Positions 23,472 through 36,652 are shown, counted from the first letter of the stretch. The stretch is 64,000 bases of DNA from Macrostomum lignano (GCA_002269645.1 NIVC01002741.1:62001-126000), one strand, 5' to 3'. The notes: generated from the sequence alone by a model not told the origin. A program made the numbers and translations.

Positions 23472-25562
23472 TCAGTCGCCTCGCTCATCAAAGCCCAGCA
23501 GCTCCACAGCCTGCACAGCGAATCGACACTCAGCTCCCGGCAGCAGCGGCTGAGAGTCGAACGTGGCGCAGCGCTGGCTGAAGCCTTCGCTCAGTTCGCG
23601 GTTGAGGCTGAGACCGAAGCCGCCGCCGCCACCGCCAATCACCAGGGAGTTCGGCTCCGCCATGATGAACAAGGCCTCCGTATGCTGCTGCTGTTGCTGC
23701 TGTTGCTGCTGGCAGGATGAATTCTGAGTTTGTTAGATGAATGCGATTCCCGGTCTCCACTGAGCCCCTGAAAAGGTACTCAGTCCTACAGACAGGTCCT
23801 CAGTCCTACAGACAGGTCCTCAGTCCTACAGACAGGTCCTCAGTCCTACAGACACGTCATTAGACAGGTCCTCAGTCCTACAGACACGTCATCAGACAGG
23901 TCCTCAGTCCTACAGACGCGTCATCAGACAGGTCCTCAGTCCTACAGACACGTCAGGACCTTAGTCCTACATCGCTACCCAATGCAGGCAGGTGCTACAG
24001 CAACCCTAGCAGATTAAAGGCCGGTCGTAATGACCAGAAGCATCACCTGTTGCCGATGCCCCACCCAGGTGTAAACTCGGACATCTCCGTCTCGCTCTCC
24101 CACTGTGGTGAACAAGAAAGTCTCGCCGGTGCCGAAGAAGGCGGCCGGGTGCTGCTCCCTATCGCTCAGGGCGGTGCACAGGTAGGCGCCGAAAGTGCCG
24201 CTAACGGAGCCGCTTCTCACAAGCAGGAGCAGCGGAGAGTTCTTGCCGGCGGCTGAGTACAGCGTCTGCAGGTTGAAGCCGGCCGAGGCTGTGGAGAACA
24301 GCGAGGCCAGCGGCTTGATGGCGTGACGGGCCGGCACGTGGCGCAGCAACTGGCGCAGCTGCTTCTCAGTTAGCAGGGCGCTGGGGCTGCTCAGGGGAAG
24401 GCAGAGAAGCCAGTCGTCTGTGGCGCTCCTGCGGATGGGCGATTAAATAATCTCAATAACCTTTGCCTCTGTGTAGGTCTGTACGAGCTAGTTATAGGGT
24501 CCTAAAGATTCGTGTCAGGTCCTAGGAATTCGTGTCAGATCCTTTAGATTTGTCAGGCCCTAAGAATTTTTGTCAGGTCCTATGAATTCGTGTCAGATTC
24601 TAGAGATTTTTCAGGTTCTAGGACTTCGTGTCAGATCCTATGGATTTGTGTCAGGCCCTAGGAATTTTTGTCAGGTCCTATGAATTCGTGTCAGATCCTA
24701 TAGATTTGTGTCAGGCCCTATGAATTCGTGTCAGATTCTATAGATTTCTGTCAGGTCCTAGGAATTCGTGTCAGATTCTATAGATTTCTGTCAGGTCCTA
24801 GGACTTCGTGTCAGATTCTATAGATTTCTGTCAGGTCCTAGGAATTCGTGTCAGATTCTATAGATTTCTGTCAGGTCCTAGGACTTCGTGTCAGATTCTA
24901 TAGATTTCTGTCAGGTCCTAGGAATTCGTGTCAGATTCTATAGATTTCTGTCAGGTCCTAGGACTTCGTGTCAGATTCTATAGATTTCTGTCAGGTCCTA
25001 GGACTTCGTGTCAGATCCTATAGATTTCTGTCAGGTTCTAGGACTTCGTGTCAGATCCTATAGATTTGTCAGGTCCTAGGAATTTGTGTCAGAAACTAGG
25101 AATTTGTTACGTACAAAAACAGCAATCAGCCGAAAACCCGAAAATCAATTATTGCATTGAACACCAGAGCATCGCGCCACAAGCCTTCCTCACCTGGCCG
25201 CGCGAAGTCCAGTCGGCAGCTCGGCCAGCAGTGTCTGGTTGGGCACGGCGTTGGCGGCGGTCACCACGTCGGCGGACTGCAGGTTGCGGATCTGGAACAT
25301 GGCCCTCGTGAACTGCTCCACCGACACGTACACGCCCAGGCCCTGCGCTGTTTCACTAAGCGTCGCCCCCAGGCTGTCGTCCAGGCCGGCCAGGGCGGCA
25401 GAGCCGGACGAGGAGCGCTGGCGGATTCGCTTCTTGAAGGACAGGCGGCACAGCGCCAGGCCGGCGCGGACCAGCACCTGAAAAGGGAGCGTTTGGAATG
25501 TCCAACCTGTCTGTCTGCCTGTCCATCTATCTATTTATCTATGTATTTGTGTATCTATCTAC

Positions 25563-25659
<97 letters not shown>

Positions 25660-27956
25660 GATCTATTCATCCATCCGTGTGTCCCAGAACATAAATCAGC
25701 AATCTGGCACCTTAAATCCCTCAACCAGGAAGCTGTCAATCAGAGGCAGCAGGAAGTCGATGGGCATTCGCCACAGGTACTGAAACCAGCGGCGCAGGTG
25801 ATCGGTATAGTTGGGAAAGGTGGGCAAAGAGCGGCTGAACTTGATGGCGAACCGGCCGACCAGGTGCTCGAGAAGGCGCTCGCACTTGGCGTAGCGAAGC
25901 AGGCTGTCTGGCAGTCGCCACAGACCGCGGTCCTCCCTGCGGGCCAGCGGACAGGACAGGGGCTGCTGAGCGTTGCAGCACACATGCTGAAATACTACTG
26001 CTAGCTACTAGCTTGCGGTCATGCGAGCTTGATCTAGGGGATCACAGATCTGCATTGGGGATCACAGATCTGCATTGGGGATCACAGATCTGCATTGGGG
26101 ATCACAGATCTGCATTGGGGATCATAGATCCGCATTGGGGATCATAGATCTGCATTGGGGATCATAGATCTGCATTGGGGATCACAGAACTGCATTGGGG
26201 ATCACAGAACTGCACTGGGGATCACAGATCTGCATTGGGGATCACAGATCTGCATTGGGGATCACAGAACTGCATTGGGGATCACAGAACTGCATTGGGG
26301 ATCACAGATCTGCATTGGGGATCACATTGGGGATCATCTGAGACTCACTTTCCCAGCAGGGAATGAAGGCAGGCGAGGGTCTCCGCCTCAGTCAGGCAGT
26401 GCAGCAGCAGGGCTCCGATGGGCAGCAGGCAGGGGGCGAACAGGTCGTGCCGGCAGAGGGTCAGGCGGCGGCAGATGCGGTTGAGGGCGGCCTGGCCGGC
26501 CGGGTTCAGGCAGTAGAAGTGGCGATAGTCGGCCAGGCACCAGGAGGGCCACTCGACGCCTTCGGCCACTGCGCACTGGGGCGCGGGTTCGGAGCCTGCA
26601 GGTGGGGGTGCCACTGTTTGAGATCCTTTCCATTGAGTAGAAACTGTTCACTACTTTATAGTAACCATGACATGCAATTCGTATCGGTTTCCCCTAGCAC
26701 CATGGCATCGATATCGATGCTACATAGCAACTATAACTATGACCTTCTCTGTTCTATAGCAACCATTGAAACCGAAACTTCCCTTTGACAACTATAAAAA
26801 TTGATACCCGCTCTCTATAGCAACCATGTGATCGATACCGGTTCCACTTAGCAACCATGTGATCGATACCGGTTCCACTTAGCAACCATGTGATCGATAC
26901 CGGTTCCACTTAGCAACCATGTGATCGATACCGGTTTCAATTAGCGACCATGGGATCGATACCGGTCCTCGTTAGCAACAGTGGGATCGATACCGCTCCC
27001 CCTTAGCAACTATGGGATCGATTACAGTTCCCCTTAGCATCCATGGGATCGATACTGGTCCCTCTTAGCAACCATGTGATCGATACCGGCTCACTTAGAA
27101 ACCGTTGAATCGATACCGGTTCCACTTAGCAACCATGAGATCGATACCGGTCTGTTTTAGCAACCATGGGATTGATACTGGTTCGCCTTAGCAACCATGG
27201 GATCGATACTGGTTCCACTTAGCAACAATAGGACCGATATCAGTCCTCATTAGCAACCATGGGATCGATACCGGTTCTCATTAGCAACCATGTGGTCGAT
27301 ACCGGTCCGCCTTAGCAACCATGGGATCAATACCGGTTCCCCTTAGCAACCATGGGATCGATACTGGTTCGCCTTAGCAACCATGGGATCGATACTGGTT
27401 CCACTTAGCAACCATAGGACCGATATCAGTCCTCATTAGCAACCATGGGATCGATACCGGTTCCACTTAGCAATCATGGAATCAATACCGGTTCCCCTTA
27501 GCAACCATGGGATCGATACTGGTTCCACTTAGCAACCATGGGATCGATAATGGTTCGCCTTAGCAACCATGGGATCGATAATGGTTCGCCTTAGCAACCA
27601 TGGGATCAATACCGGTTCCCCTTAGCAACAATGGGATCGACACCAGTTCGCCTTAGCAACCATGGGATCATGTGCCTCTCACCAGACGCAGCGATCAGCT
27701 TTCGCCAGAGAGCTCGCCTGGCGGCCAAGTTGGCCAGTGCCGGCCGCTGCTGCGACCTGGCCAGCCGCTTTAAAGCCGCCGCCGATTCCGCCGCAGCTGC
27801 CGACTGCTGCTGCTCGGAGTCCGAAGCGTCAGCGAGAAGTGGAGCGGCTGCCGCGCCGCCGCCAGCGTTGGCTGCCACTGCGGCTCGTTGACAGGCAGCT
27901 CGGAGCGCTGATTGGTCCACGAACTCGCCTGTGCCGCCGCCTTGCGTGCTGGACAT
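23472..27956 (-). CDS. TBC1D24: TBC1D24/skywalker-like protein (TBC + TLDc), ~549 aa
   Basis: Exons 27956-27683, 26595-26349, 25936-25711, 25477-25194, 24428-24047, 23708-23472 (1650 nt, phases 1,2,0,2,0). TBC motifs LLPIGALLLHCL and IDSFLVEGFKVLVRAGLAL. TLDc motifs FGAYL, FFGTGETFLF, LVIGGGGG.FGLSLNREL..GFSQRCATFDSQPL. Confidence 0.92.
23778..23970. repeat. 20/32-bp array in TBC1D24 intron 5
   Basis: acagacaggtcctcagtcct units. Confidence 0.9.
24495..25095. repeat. 40-bp dimeric array in TBC1D24 intron 4
   Basis: Alternating tgtcaggtcctaggaattcg and tgtcagattctatagatttc. Confidence 0.92.
25520..25665. repeat. (TATC)n microsatellite in TBC1D24 intron 3
   Basis: Long atct/tatc run. Confidence 0.97.
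26035..26335. repeat. 20-bp array in TBC1D24 intron 2
   Basis: ttggggatcacagatctgca, ~15 copies. Confidence 0.95.
26800..27668. repeat. ~30-bp array in TBC1D24 intron 1
   Basis: ttagcaaccatgggatcgataccggttcc(ac/cc/gcc) units. Confidence 0.95.
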
Positions 27957-27984
27957 GTGGCTGCGGTGCGGAGGTGGCGGCTGT

Positions 27985-29085
27985 CCATAATCACTGGCTG
28001 TGGGGATAATCTCTGGCTGTTGGGATAATCACTGGCTGTGGGGATAATCACTGGCTGTGGGGATAATCTCTGGCTGTGGGGATAATCTCTGGCTGTTGGG
28101 ATAATCACTGGCTGTGGGGATAATCTCTGGCTGTTGGGATAATCACTGGCTGTGGGGATAATCTCTGGCTGTTGGGATAATCTCTAGCTGTGGGGATAAT
28201 ACCTGGCTGTTGGGATAATCTCTGGCTGTGGGGATAATCTCTAGCTGTGGGGATAATCTTTGGCTGTGGGGAAAATCTCTAGCTGTGGGGATAATCTCTA
28301 GCTGTGGGGATAATCTTTGGCTGTGGGGAAAATCCTTAGCTGTGGGGATAATCTATAGCTGTGGGGATAATCTCTGGCTGTGCGGATAATCACTGGCTGT
28401 GGGGATAATCTCTGGCTGTGAGGATAATCTTTTGACCTTGGGGATAATCTCTGGCTGTGGGGATAATCTCTTGACCGTGGGGATAATCACTGGCTGTGGG
28501 GATAATCTCTGGCTGTGAGGATAATCTCTTGACCTTGGGGATAATCTCTGGCTGTGGGGATAATATCTGGCTGTAGGGGTTAATCTATGGTTGTGGGGAT
28601 AATCTCTTGACCGTGGGGATAATCACTGGCTGTGGGGATAATCTCTGGCTGTAAGGATAATCTCTTGACCTTGGGGATAATCTCTGGCTGTAGGGGTTAA
28701 TCTATGGCTGTGGGGATAATCTCTGGCTGTGGGGATAATCTCTGGCTGTGGGGATAATCACTGGCTGTGGGAATAATCTCTAGCTGTGGGGATAATCTCT
28801 AGCTGTGGGGATAATCTTTGGCTGTGGGGAAAATCCTTAGCTGTGGGGATAATCTATAGCTGTGGGGATAATCTCTGGCTGTGCGGATAATCACTGGCTG
28901 TGGGGATAATCTCTGGCTGTGAGGATAATCTCTTGACCGTGGGGATAATCACTGGCTGTGGGGATAATCTCTGGCTGTGGGGATAATCTCTGGCTGTGGG
29001 GATAATCACTGGCTGTGGGGATAATCTTTGGCTGTGGGGAAAATCTCTGGCTGTGGGGAAAATCTCTGGCTGTGGGAATAATATC
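27985..29085. repeat. 19-bp minisatellite immediately upstream of TBC1D24
   Basis: ataatctctggctgtgggg, >50 copies. Confidence 0.97.
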
Positions 29086-30378
29086 CGATAACAAGCATAA
29101 ATCAATAACGAAGCCAAATTCACAGATTTGTCACAAAAAAGAGGTGACAGGCAGAATGCAGTGCTGCCGGCAGTTTATGTGTATTCGCTAATTAAGTAAT
29201 TAATTGATAGTTTTGTTTTATTCACTGTTAATTAATTTTCAGTGCTATTTTTGCCTGGGCCCTTGCCATAGTTTAGTGCAGAGCAACACTGGGAGGGGCC
29301 AAAAAATCATACCGAGCATCTGCTTACTATATTATAGCAATACAAAAGTGCACTAAATAGGGTTAATTACTGTATAAAAAGGGCCCAGACAAACAAAGGC
29401 GGGCAGCATTGGGCTTATCAACCGGATACAATAATGCAGAAGCTTTCTAGCAGAGCGTCGCGGCTGAATAAATATCCCATACAGACTACTGCCGCACGCA
29501 TACATATTAACAAAATGAAAATAAGAGAAACACACGGGAATCCCAAGCTAGTAAACTTACTAACAGTAGTATATATAGAGTTAGTATTAAATTCGCTTTA
29601 ATGAACAGGAAATAGCAAGGAGAAAAAAATTATTGACAAAGCAAATTCGCTAATCCAGACGGGGCGTACAGATCCGGGCGGTCGGGGCCTGGCCTGAGCA
29701 GTGAGGAATGGGGCCGCATTCAGACACAGTGGTGCCGTAAGAAAAAGTTAATGAATGAACACGGCAGCACATTTGCTCAGATATTTTATTATGATACAGA
29801 ATTTTCAACGCAAGCATTTGCAGGTACATGTTGCACTTCAGACAAATTCATAATTAGACAGCTGATGATTAGTACACAGCTTTTTTACCCTATTAATTTT
29901 AAACATACGCGTCAATTATAACAAAATGATGCCGGTGTTATTAGTCTGCAAATGAAAACCAATCAATTAACCAGCAGTTGATGAAACAAACAGCTTTGTT
30001 GGAGGCGGCAATGGAGTGACTGGGAAATGCAGCGCATCAAGTTCGGTTAGCAACAGTGGCAGGTAGAAATATACAGATAGAACGGCAGCTCTGGGCTTCA
30101 GCGAGCACAGGTTTTACGCATTCAACTATTTATTGGGGCCCGAGCGGTCATCATTTATAAACAAACTGGGAAATTGAAACCGCAATAATGAAATTAGTAA
30201 TTTGATTACGGTTCCTACTAACGAGAATAGTGTTATAAATATACACATATAAATAATCTTGCCTGAAAAGAAATGTGATGAAGAGAGCCGGGGCGGAGGC
30301 AGAGAGAAGGGGCGTCTGCGCTAAATCTTGTACAAAAACTAAACGGGGAAATGAGCACGCACTGAGCTGGCTGGCAGC

Positions 30379-33300
30379 TCACCGCAGGAAGACATTGATG
30401 CAGCGCTCGCCTGGAATTGCGGTGGGGCGGCGGCTGCAGCTGTGAGTCTCCCCAATTATCCTTCGCTCAGTCTTCCCAATTATCCCCATCTCCCACCCAG
30501 TCTCCGCAATTATCCCCATCTCCCACCCAGTCTCCCCAATTATCCCCATCTCCCACCCAGTCTCCCCAATTATCCCCATCTCCTACCTAGTCTCCCCAAT
30601 TATCCTCATCTCCCCAATTATCCTCATCTTCTACCCAGTCTCCACAATTATCCTCATCTTCTACCCAGTCTCCACAATTATCCTTATCTCCCACCCAGTC
30701 TCCCCAATTATCCTTATCTCCTACCCAGTCTCCCCAATTATCCTCATCTCCCACCCAGTTTCCCCAATTATCCTCATCTCCCACCCAGTCTCCCCAATTA
30801 TCCTCATCTCCCACCTAGTCTCCCCAATTATCCTTATCTCCTACCCAGTCTCCCCAATTATCCCCATCTCCTACCCAGTCTCCGCAATTATCCTTATCTC
30901 CTACCCAGTCTCCCCAATTATCCTCATCTCCCACCCAGTCTACCCAATTATCCTCATCTCCCACCTAGTCTCCCCAATTATCCTCATCTTCTACCCAGTC
31001 TCCCCAATTATCCTCATCTTCTACCCAGTCTCCACAATTATCCTTATCTCCCACCCAGTCTCCCCAATTATCCTCATCTCCCACCCAGTCTCCCCAATTA
31101 TCCTCATCTCCCACCCAGTCTCCCCAATTATCCTTCTCTCCCACCCAGTCTCCCCAATTATCCCCATCTCCTACTCAGTCTCCCCAATTATCCTTATCTC
31201 CTACCCAGTCTCCCCAATTATCCTTATCTCCTACCCAGTCTCCCCAATTATCCTTATCTCCTACCCAGTCTCCCCAATTATCCTCATCTTCTACCCAGTC
31301 TCCCCAATTATCCTTATCTCCTACCCAGTCTCCCCAATTATCCCCATCTCCTACCCAGTCTCCGCAATTATCCTTATCTCCTCCCAGTCTCCCCAATTAT
31401 CCTCATCTCCTACCCAGTCTCCCCAATTATCCTCATCTCCCACCCAGTCTCCCCATCTCCCCACAGTTTTTCATTTATCCTCATCTCCCCTTTAGTCTCA
31501 TCAATTACCCCCATCTTTTCCAGTCCCCAATCATCCCATTTCCCATCCAGTCTCCCCAATTATCCTTATCTCCCATCCAGTCTCCCCAAACCGGTATCTT
31601 CATCAATCTCACCGATTTTCTCGCCACTGAGAGTGATCGCCCGCTGCTGGTCCTCGGCGCTGTCAAAGAAGGCCTCGGCCTCGCCGCCGGCCTGCAGGCA
31701 GATCCTGGCCGGCACGCTGGGCTGGAAGAATTGCTCAATGTCGGCCTCAGTGACGCCGTCGGGAAGGCCGCGCAGCCGCACGCCGTTCTGCCGTTTAGCC
31801 GCATCAGCCTTGTCGGGGTGCAGGAACAGGTCGATGTAGCGCGACCCGATATGGGCTTTGTCCCGCTTCATCGCCTCCTCAGCTTCCTGAGCGCTGCCAA
31901 AGTCCACGTCGGCCTCGCCGTTAGGCCGGCCGGCCCGGTTAAAGTGCAGCTGCACCCGGCTGGGCTTCAGCGGGGCGAAGAAGTCGGTGACCTCGGCTAC
32001 CGTGACGGAGAATGGCAGGCCGCGCAGGTGCACCCAGTGACCCGTGCTAGACTGCCAGTTCGAGCCTGAGAGTGGTAAGTAGTTAACAAGTAGTAAGAAA
32101 GAGGTTGACATGTAAAATGCTTTAGCGAGATAGGAATTTCTATCAGTTCAGCACTTAATAGACAAAACTTTTATTAAACTAACGGTGTGATTTCTAAATC
32201 AGTGAATTTTAAATGGTTTCTGTTTTGAACAGAATCAATCGCATCGATAGGTCTCAGCTCTGTACAAGCTGTACTCAGCCATACTCAGCTCTGTACAAGC
32301 TGTACTCAGCCATACTCAGCTCTGTACAAGCTGTACTCAGCCATACTCAGCTCTGTACAAGCTGTACTCAGCTGTACGCAGCTCTGTACAAGCTGTACTC
32401 AGCTGTACGCAGCTCTGTACAAGCTGTACTCAGCCATACTCAGGTCTCAGCTCTGTAAAAGCTGTACTCAGCCATACTCAGGTCTCAGCTCTGTACAAGC
32501 TGTACTCAGCCATACTCAGGTCTCAGCTCTGTAAAAGCTGTACTCAGCCATACTCAGGTCTCAGCTCTGTACAAGCTGTACTCAGCCATACTCAGCTCTG
32601 TACAAGCTGTACTCAGCCATACTCAGCTCTGTACAAGCTGTACTCAGCCATACTCAGGTCTCAGCTCTGTAAAAGCTGTACTCAGCCATACTCAGGTCTC
32701 AGCTCTGTACAAGCTGTACTCAGTCTAACTCAGGTCTCAGCTCTGTACAAGCTGTACTCAGCCATACTCAGCTCTGTACAGGCTGTACTCAGCCATACTC
32801 AGCTCTGTACAAGCTGTACTCAGCCATACTCAGCTCTGTACAAGCTGTACACAAATCCCTCCTACACAGCAAGCAGCCTGGCAACCCTAAACAGTCCAGA
32901 GCATCAGAGCTCACCTGGGCGGTAGTTCTTCTGCTGATGCTGCTGATGCGGCAGCCTGTGAAACTGGCGGGGGTATCCGTGCGGCTGCTGATAGAACTGA
33001 CCGTGGAAGCCGCCACCTGGCACGCCTCCGTGAGGATGATAGTTGAAGTTGCGCTGCTGCGGATGCTGCGGGAACGGCGGCGGCGGGTAGCTGTAGCCAC
33101 CGCCAGGGGGATGGTGCTGAGGCTGCCAGCGGCCTCCGGGGTGGCCGCCGCGACCGGCGCCGTAGCCAAAGCCAGGGCCGGCGCCGCGGCCGCCGCGTGC
33201 TCCGAGACCGCCGACGCCGCGTGCGCCGCCGCGGCCGGGGTGAAAGCCGGGATGCTGGCCCGGACCACCCGGCTGATGAGGCGGATAAAAGTCTCCGTAG

Positions 33301-36300
33301 CCACCGTAGCCTGCGGGTCAGAGTGAAATGGGGTGAGCAGGATGGGGTGAGTGGGTTGGGGTGACAGTGGCATTGGGTGACAGTGGGATTGGGTGACAGT
33401 GGCATTGGGTGACAGTGGCATTGGATGACAGTGGGATAGGGTGACAGTGGCATTGGGTGACAGTGGGATTGGGTGACAGTGGCATTGGGTGACAGTGGCA
33501 TTGGATGACAGTGGGATAGGGTGACAGTGGCATTGGGTGACAGTGGGATGGGGTGACTGGCATTGTGTGACGGTGGCATTGTGTGACAGTGGCATTGGGT
33601 GACAGTGGGATTGGGTGACAGTGGCATTGGGTGACAGTGGCATTGGATGACAGTGGGATGGGGTGACAGTGGCATTGGGTGACAGTGGCATTGGGTGACA
33701 GTGGCATTGGGTGACAGTGGCATTGGGTGACAGTGGCATTGGGTGACAGTGGGATGGGGTGACAGTGGCATTGGGTGACAGTGGCATTGGATGACAGTGG
33801 GATGGGGTGACAGTGGCATTGGGTGACAGTGGGATGGGGTGACAGTGGCATTGGGTGACAGTGGCATTGGATGACAGTGGGATGGGGTGACAGTGGCATT
33901 GGGTGACAGTGGGATGGGGTGACAGTGGCATTGGGTGAAAGTGGCATTGGATGACAGTGGGATGGGGTGACAGTGGCATTGGGTGACAGTGGCATTGGGT
34001 GAAAGTGGCATTGGGTGAAAGTGGCATTGGGTGACAGCTGGGATTGGGTGACAGTGGGATGGGGTGACAGTGGCATTGGGTGACAGTGGAATGGGATAAC
34101 AGTGGCATGGGGTGACAGTGGCATTGGGTGACAGTGGCATTGGGTGACAGTGGGATGGGGTGACAGTGGCATTGGGTGACAGTGGCATTGGGTGACAGTG
34201 GCATTGGGTGACAGTGGCATTGGGTGACAGTGGGATGGGGTGACAGTGGCATTGGGTGACAGTGGGATGGGTGACAGTGGGATGGGGTGACAGTGGGATG
34301 GGGTGACAGTGGGATGGGGTGACAGTGGGATTGGGTGACAGTGGGATGGGGTGACAGTGGCATTGGGTGAAAGTGGCATTGGGTGAAAGTGGCATTGGGT
34401 GACAGTGGGATGGGGTGACAGTGGCATTGGGTGACAGTGGAATGGGATGACAGTGGCATGGGGTGACAGTGGCATTGGGTGACAGTGGCATTGGGTGAAA
34501 GTGGCATTGGGTGACAGCTGGGATTGGGTGACAGTGGGATGGGGTGACAGTGGCATTGGGTGACAGTGGCATTGGGTGACAGTGGCATTGGGTGACAGTG
34601 GCATTGGGTGACAGTGGCATGGGGTGACAGTGGCATTGGGTGAAAGTGGCATTGGGTGACAGTGGCATGGGGTGACAGTGGCATTGGGTGACAGTGGCAT
34701 TGGGTGACAGTGGCATTGGGTGACAGTGGCATTGGATGACAGTGGCATTGGGTGAAAGTGGCATTGGGTGAAAGTGGCATTGGGTGAAAGTGGCATTGGG
34801 TGAAAGTGGCATTGGGTGACAGCTGGGATTGGGTGACAGTGGGATGGGGTGACAGTGGCATTGGGTGACAGTGGAATGGGATGACAGTGGCATGGGGTGA
34901 CAGTGGCATTGGGTGAAAGTGGCATTGGGTGACAGCTGGGATTGGGTGACAGTGGGATGGGGTGACAGTGGCATTGGGTGACAGTGGCATGGGGTGACAG
35001 TGGCATTGGGTGACAGTGGCATTGGGTGACAGTGGGATGGGGTGACAGTGGCATTGGGTGACAGTGGCATTGGGTGAAAGTGGCATTGGGTGAAAGTGGC
35101 ATTGGGTGACAGCTGGGATTGGGTGACAGTGGGATGGGGTGACAGTGGCATTGGATGACAGTGGCATTGGGTGAAAGTGGCATTGGGTGAAAGTGGCATT
35201 GGGTGAAAGTGGCATTGGGTGACAGTGGCATTGGATGACAGTGGCATTGGGTGAAAGTGGCATTGGGTGAAAGTGGCATTGGGTGAAAGTGGCATTGGGT
35301 GAAAGTGGCATTGGATGACAGTGGCATTGGGTGAAAGTGGCATTGGGTGAAAGTGGCATTGGGTGAAAGTGGCATTGGGTGAAAGTGGCATTGGGTGAAA
35401 GTGGCATTGGGTGACAGCTGGGATTGGGTGACAGTGGGATGGGGTGACAGTGGCATTGGGTGACAGTGGAATGGGATGACAGTGGCATGGGGTGACAGTG
35501 GCATTGGGTGAAAGCGAGATGGCGTGAGTTGTATTGGATGGGATGAAAAAGGACTGTATTATAGAGATTGAGTATGAGGGAGTGAGATCGGTGGAATGCA
35601 AGAGTGCGAGAGAGTGTAGGATTCAGACGGCAGCTTGGACTGTTGCGCTCACCGCCATGCTGGTAGGCCTGCCGCATGCATCTCTGTCTGTTGCCCTCGG
35701 CATAGGCCTCAGCCATGGAGCTGGGGAACAGCTCGATGTAGCGGTGGCCCATGTTCTGCCTGTTGTGCTTCGCCATGGCGCGGGCCGCCGCTTCAGGACT
35801 GCCGAATTGGACATAGGCCTCGCCTGAGGGCTTGCCGGACTCGTTGTACACCATCAGGATGCCCTCCTTCACGATGCGATCGTCCTGCGATGATGGGCAA
35901 TGCGAAGGAATTGGAGGCGATTTCATGGCGTATTTAGCGCGATTTCGTGCTGGATTCAGGGGGCGATTTCGTAGTGGATTTTAAGGCGATTTTGTGCTGG
36001 TTTTGTGGCGATTTTGTGATTGATTTAGGGGCGATTTCGTGGTGGATTTTAGGGCGATTTTGTGGTAGATTCAAGGGCGATTTGCCGTGTTCTATAAACA
36101 ATAGTTGCAAATTATCAGAAACAGATATTAATAAGGCCGGGATTTCAAACGATAATACAACTGATTGCTGTGTGCGAGTCCGCAACCAACCTCAAAGAAG
36201 TCTCTAATGGCTCCGAAGTCGGCGGTGAACGGCAGGCCGCGCATTCTGAGCACCGGCTCCCGCAGCGGCGTCACCCGCATCTCCGACTCGCTAGATGGGA

Positions 36301-36652
36301 ACAGCTCGATGTAGCGCCGGCCCATGTTCTGCCTGTGCAGCCGCAGGCCCGAGTTGGCCGCCTCAACCGACTCGAATTCGGCGTAGCCCTCGCCGGAGGG
36401 GCGGCCGGCCTTGTCCCGCGACAGGTGGACGCCGGACTCGCCGCCGCGCAGCGGGCAGTCGGCAAAGAAGGCCACGACGTCGGCCGGTGTGGCGTCATAG
36501 GGCAGGCCGCGCATCCGCAGCACGCAGGTGGTGGCGGTCCGGCCACTGCCAGGCTGCTGCACAGCTGAATTGTTCTGCTCGGAGGAAGTCTTGGAGGATT
36601 TTGAGTTGGAAGAGGCGGAGCCTTCGCCAACAGCCACGTTGCCGCTGGACAT
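30379..36652 (-). CDS. HNRNPF: hnRNP F/H (glorund-like) protein with four quasi-RRMs and a Gly/Tyr/Arg-rich linker, ~524 aa
   Basis: Exons 36652-36191, 35884-35653, 33310-32915, 32065-31613, 30410-30379 (1575 nt, phases 0,1,1,1). qRRM motifs LRMRGLP...GRPSGEGYAEF...NMGRRYIELF; WQSSTGHWVHLRGLPF is typical of hnRNP F/H qRRM3. Exon 3 is an RGG/GY low-complexity region. F versus H assignment is not resolvable. Confidence 0.9.
30440..31590. repeat. 30-bp minisatellite in the last hnRNP F/H intron (G-tracts on the sense strand)
   Basis: Plus strand ccacccagtctccccaattatcctcatctc, ~37 copies. Confidence 0.97.
32250..32850. repeat. ~31/38-bp array in hnRNP F/H intron 3
   Basis: ctcagctctgtacaagctgtactcagccata units. 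Confidence 0.95.
33345..35515. repeat. 16-bp minisatellite (~2.2 kb) in hnRNP F/H intron 2
   Basis: gggtgacagtggcatt and variants, >130 copies. Confidence 0.97.
35915..36085. repeat. Degenerate ~22-bp array in hnRNP F/H intron 1
   Basis: ggcgatttcgtggtggattttag-like units. Confidence 0.75.

Noticed and set aside
22306-23720. EMTGLKEQ / GNDRPEGT repeat ORFs resembling coiled-coil or surface antigens
   Set aside because: Stop-free 24-bp array open in several frames on both strands, antisense to the TBC1D24 3' end, with no non-repeat domain or signal peptide.
32789-35926. 1045, 896 and 728 aa His/Cys/Pro-rich ORFs
   Set aside because: Open frames of the 16-bp intronic array in all three frames; the real exons splice around them.
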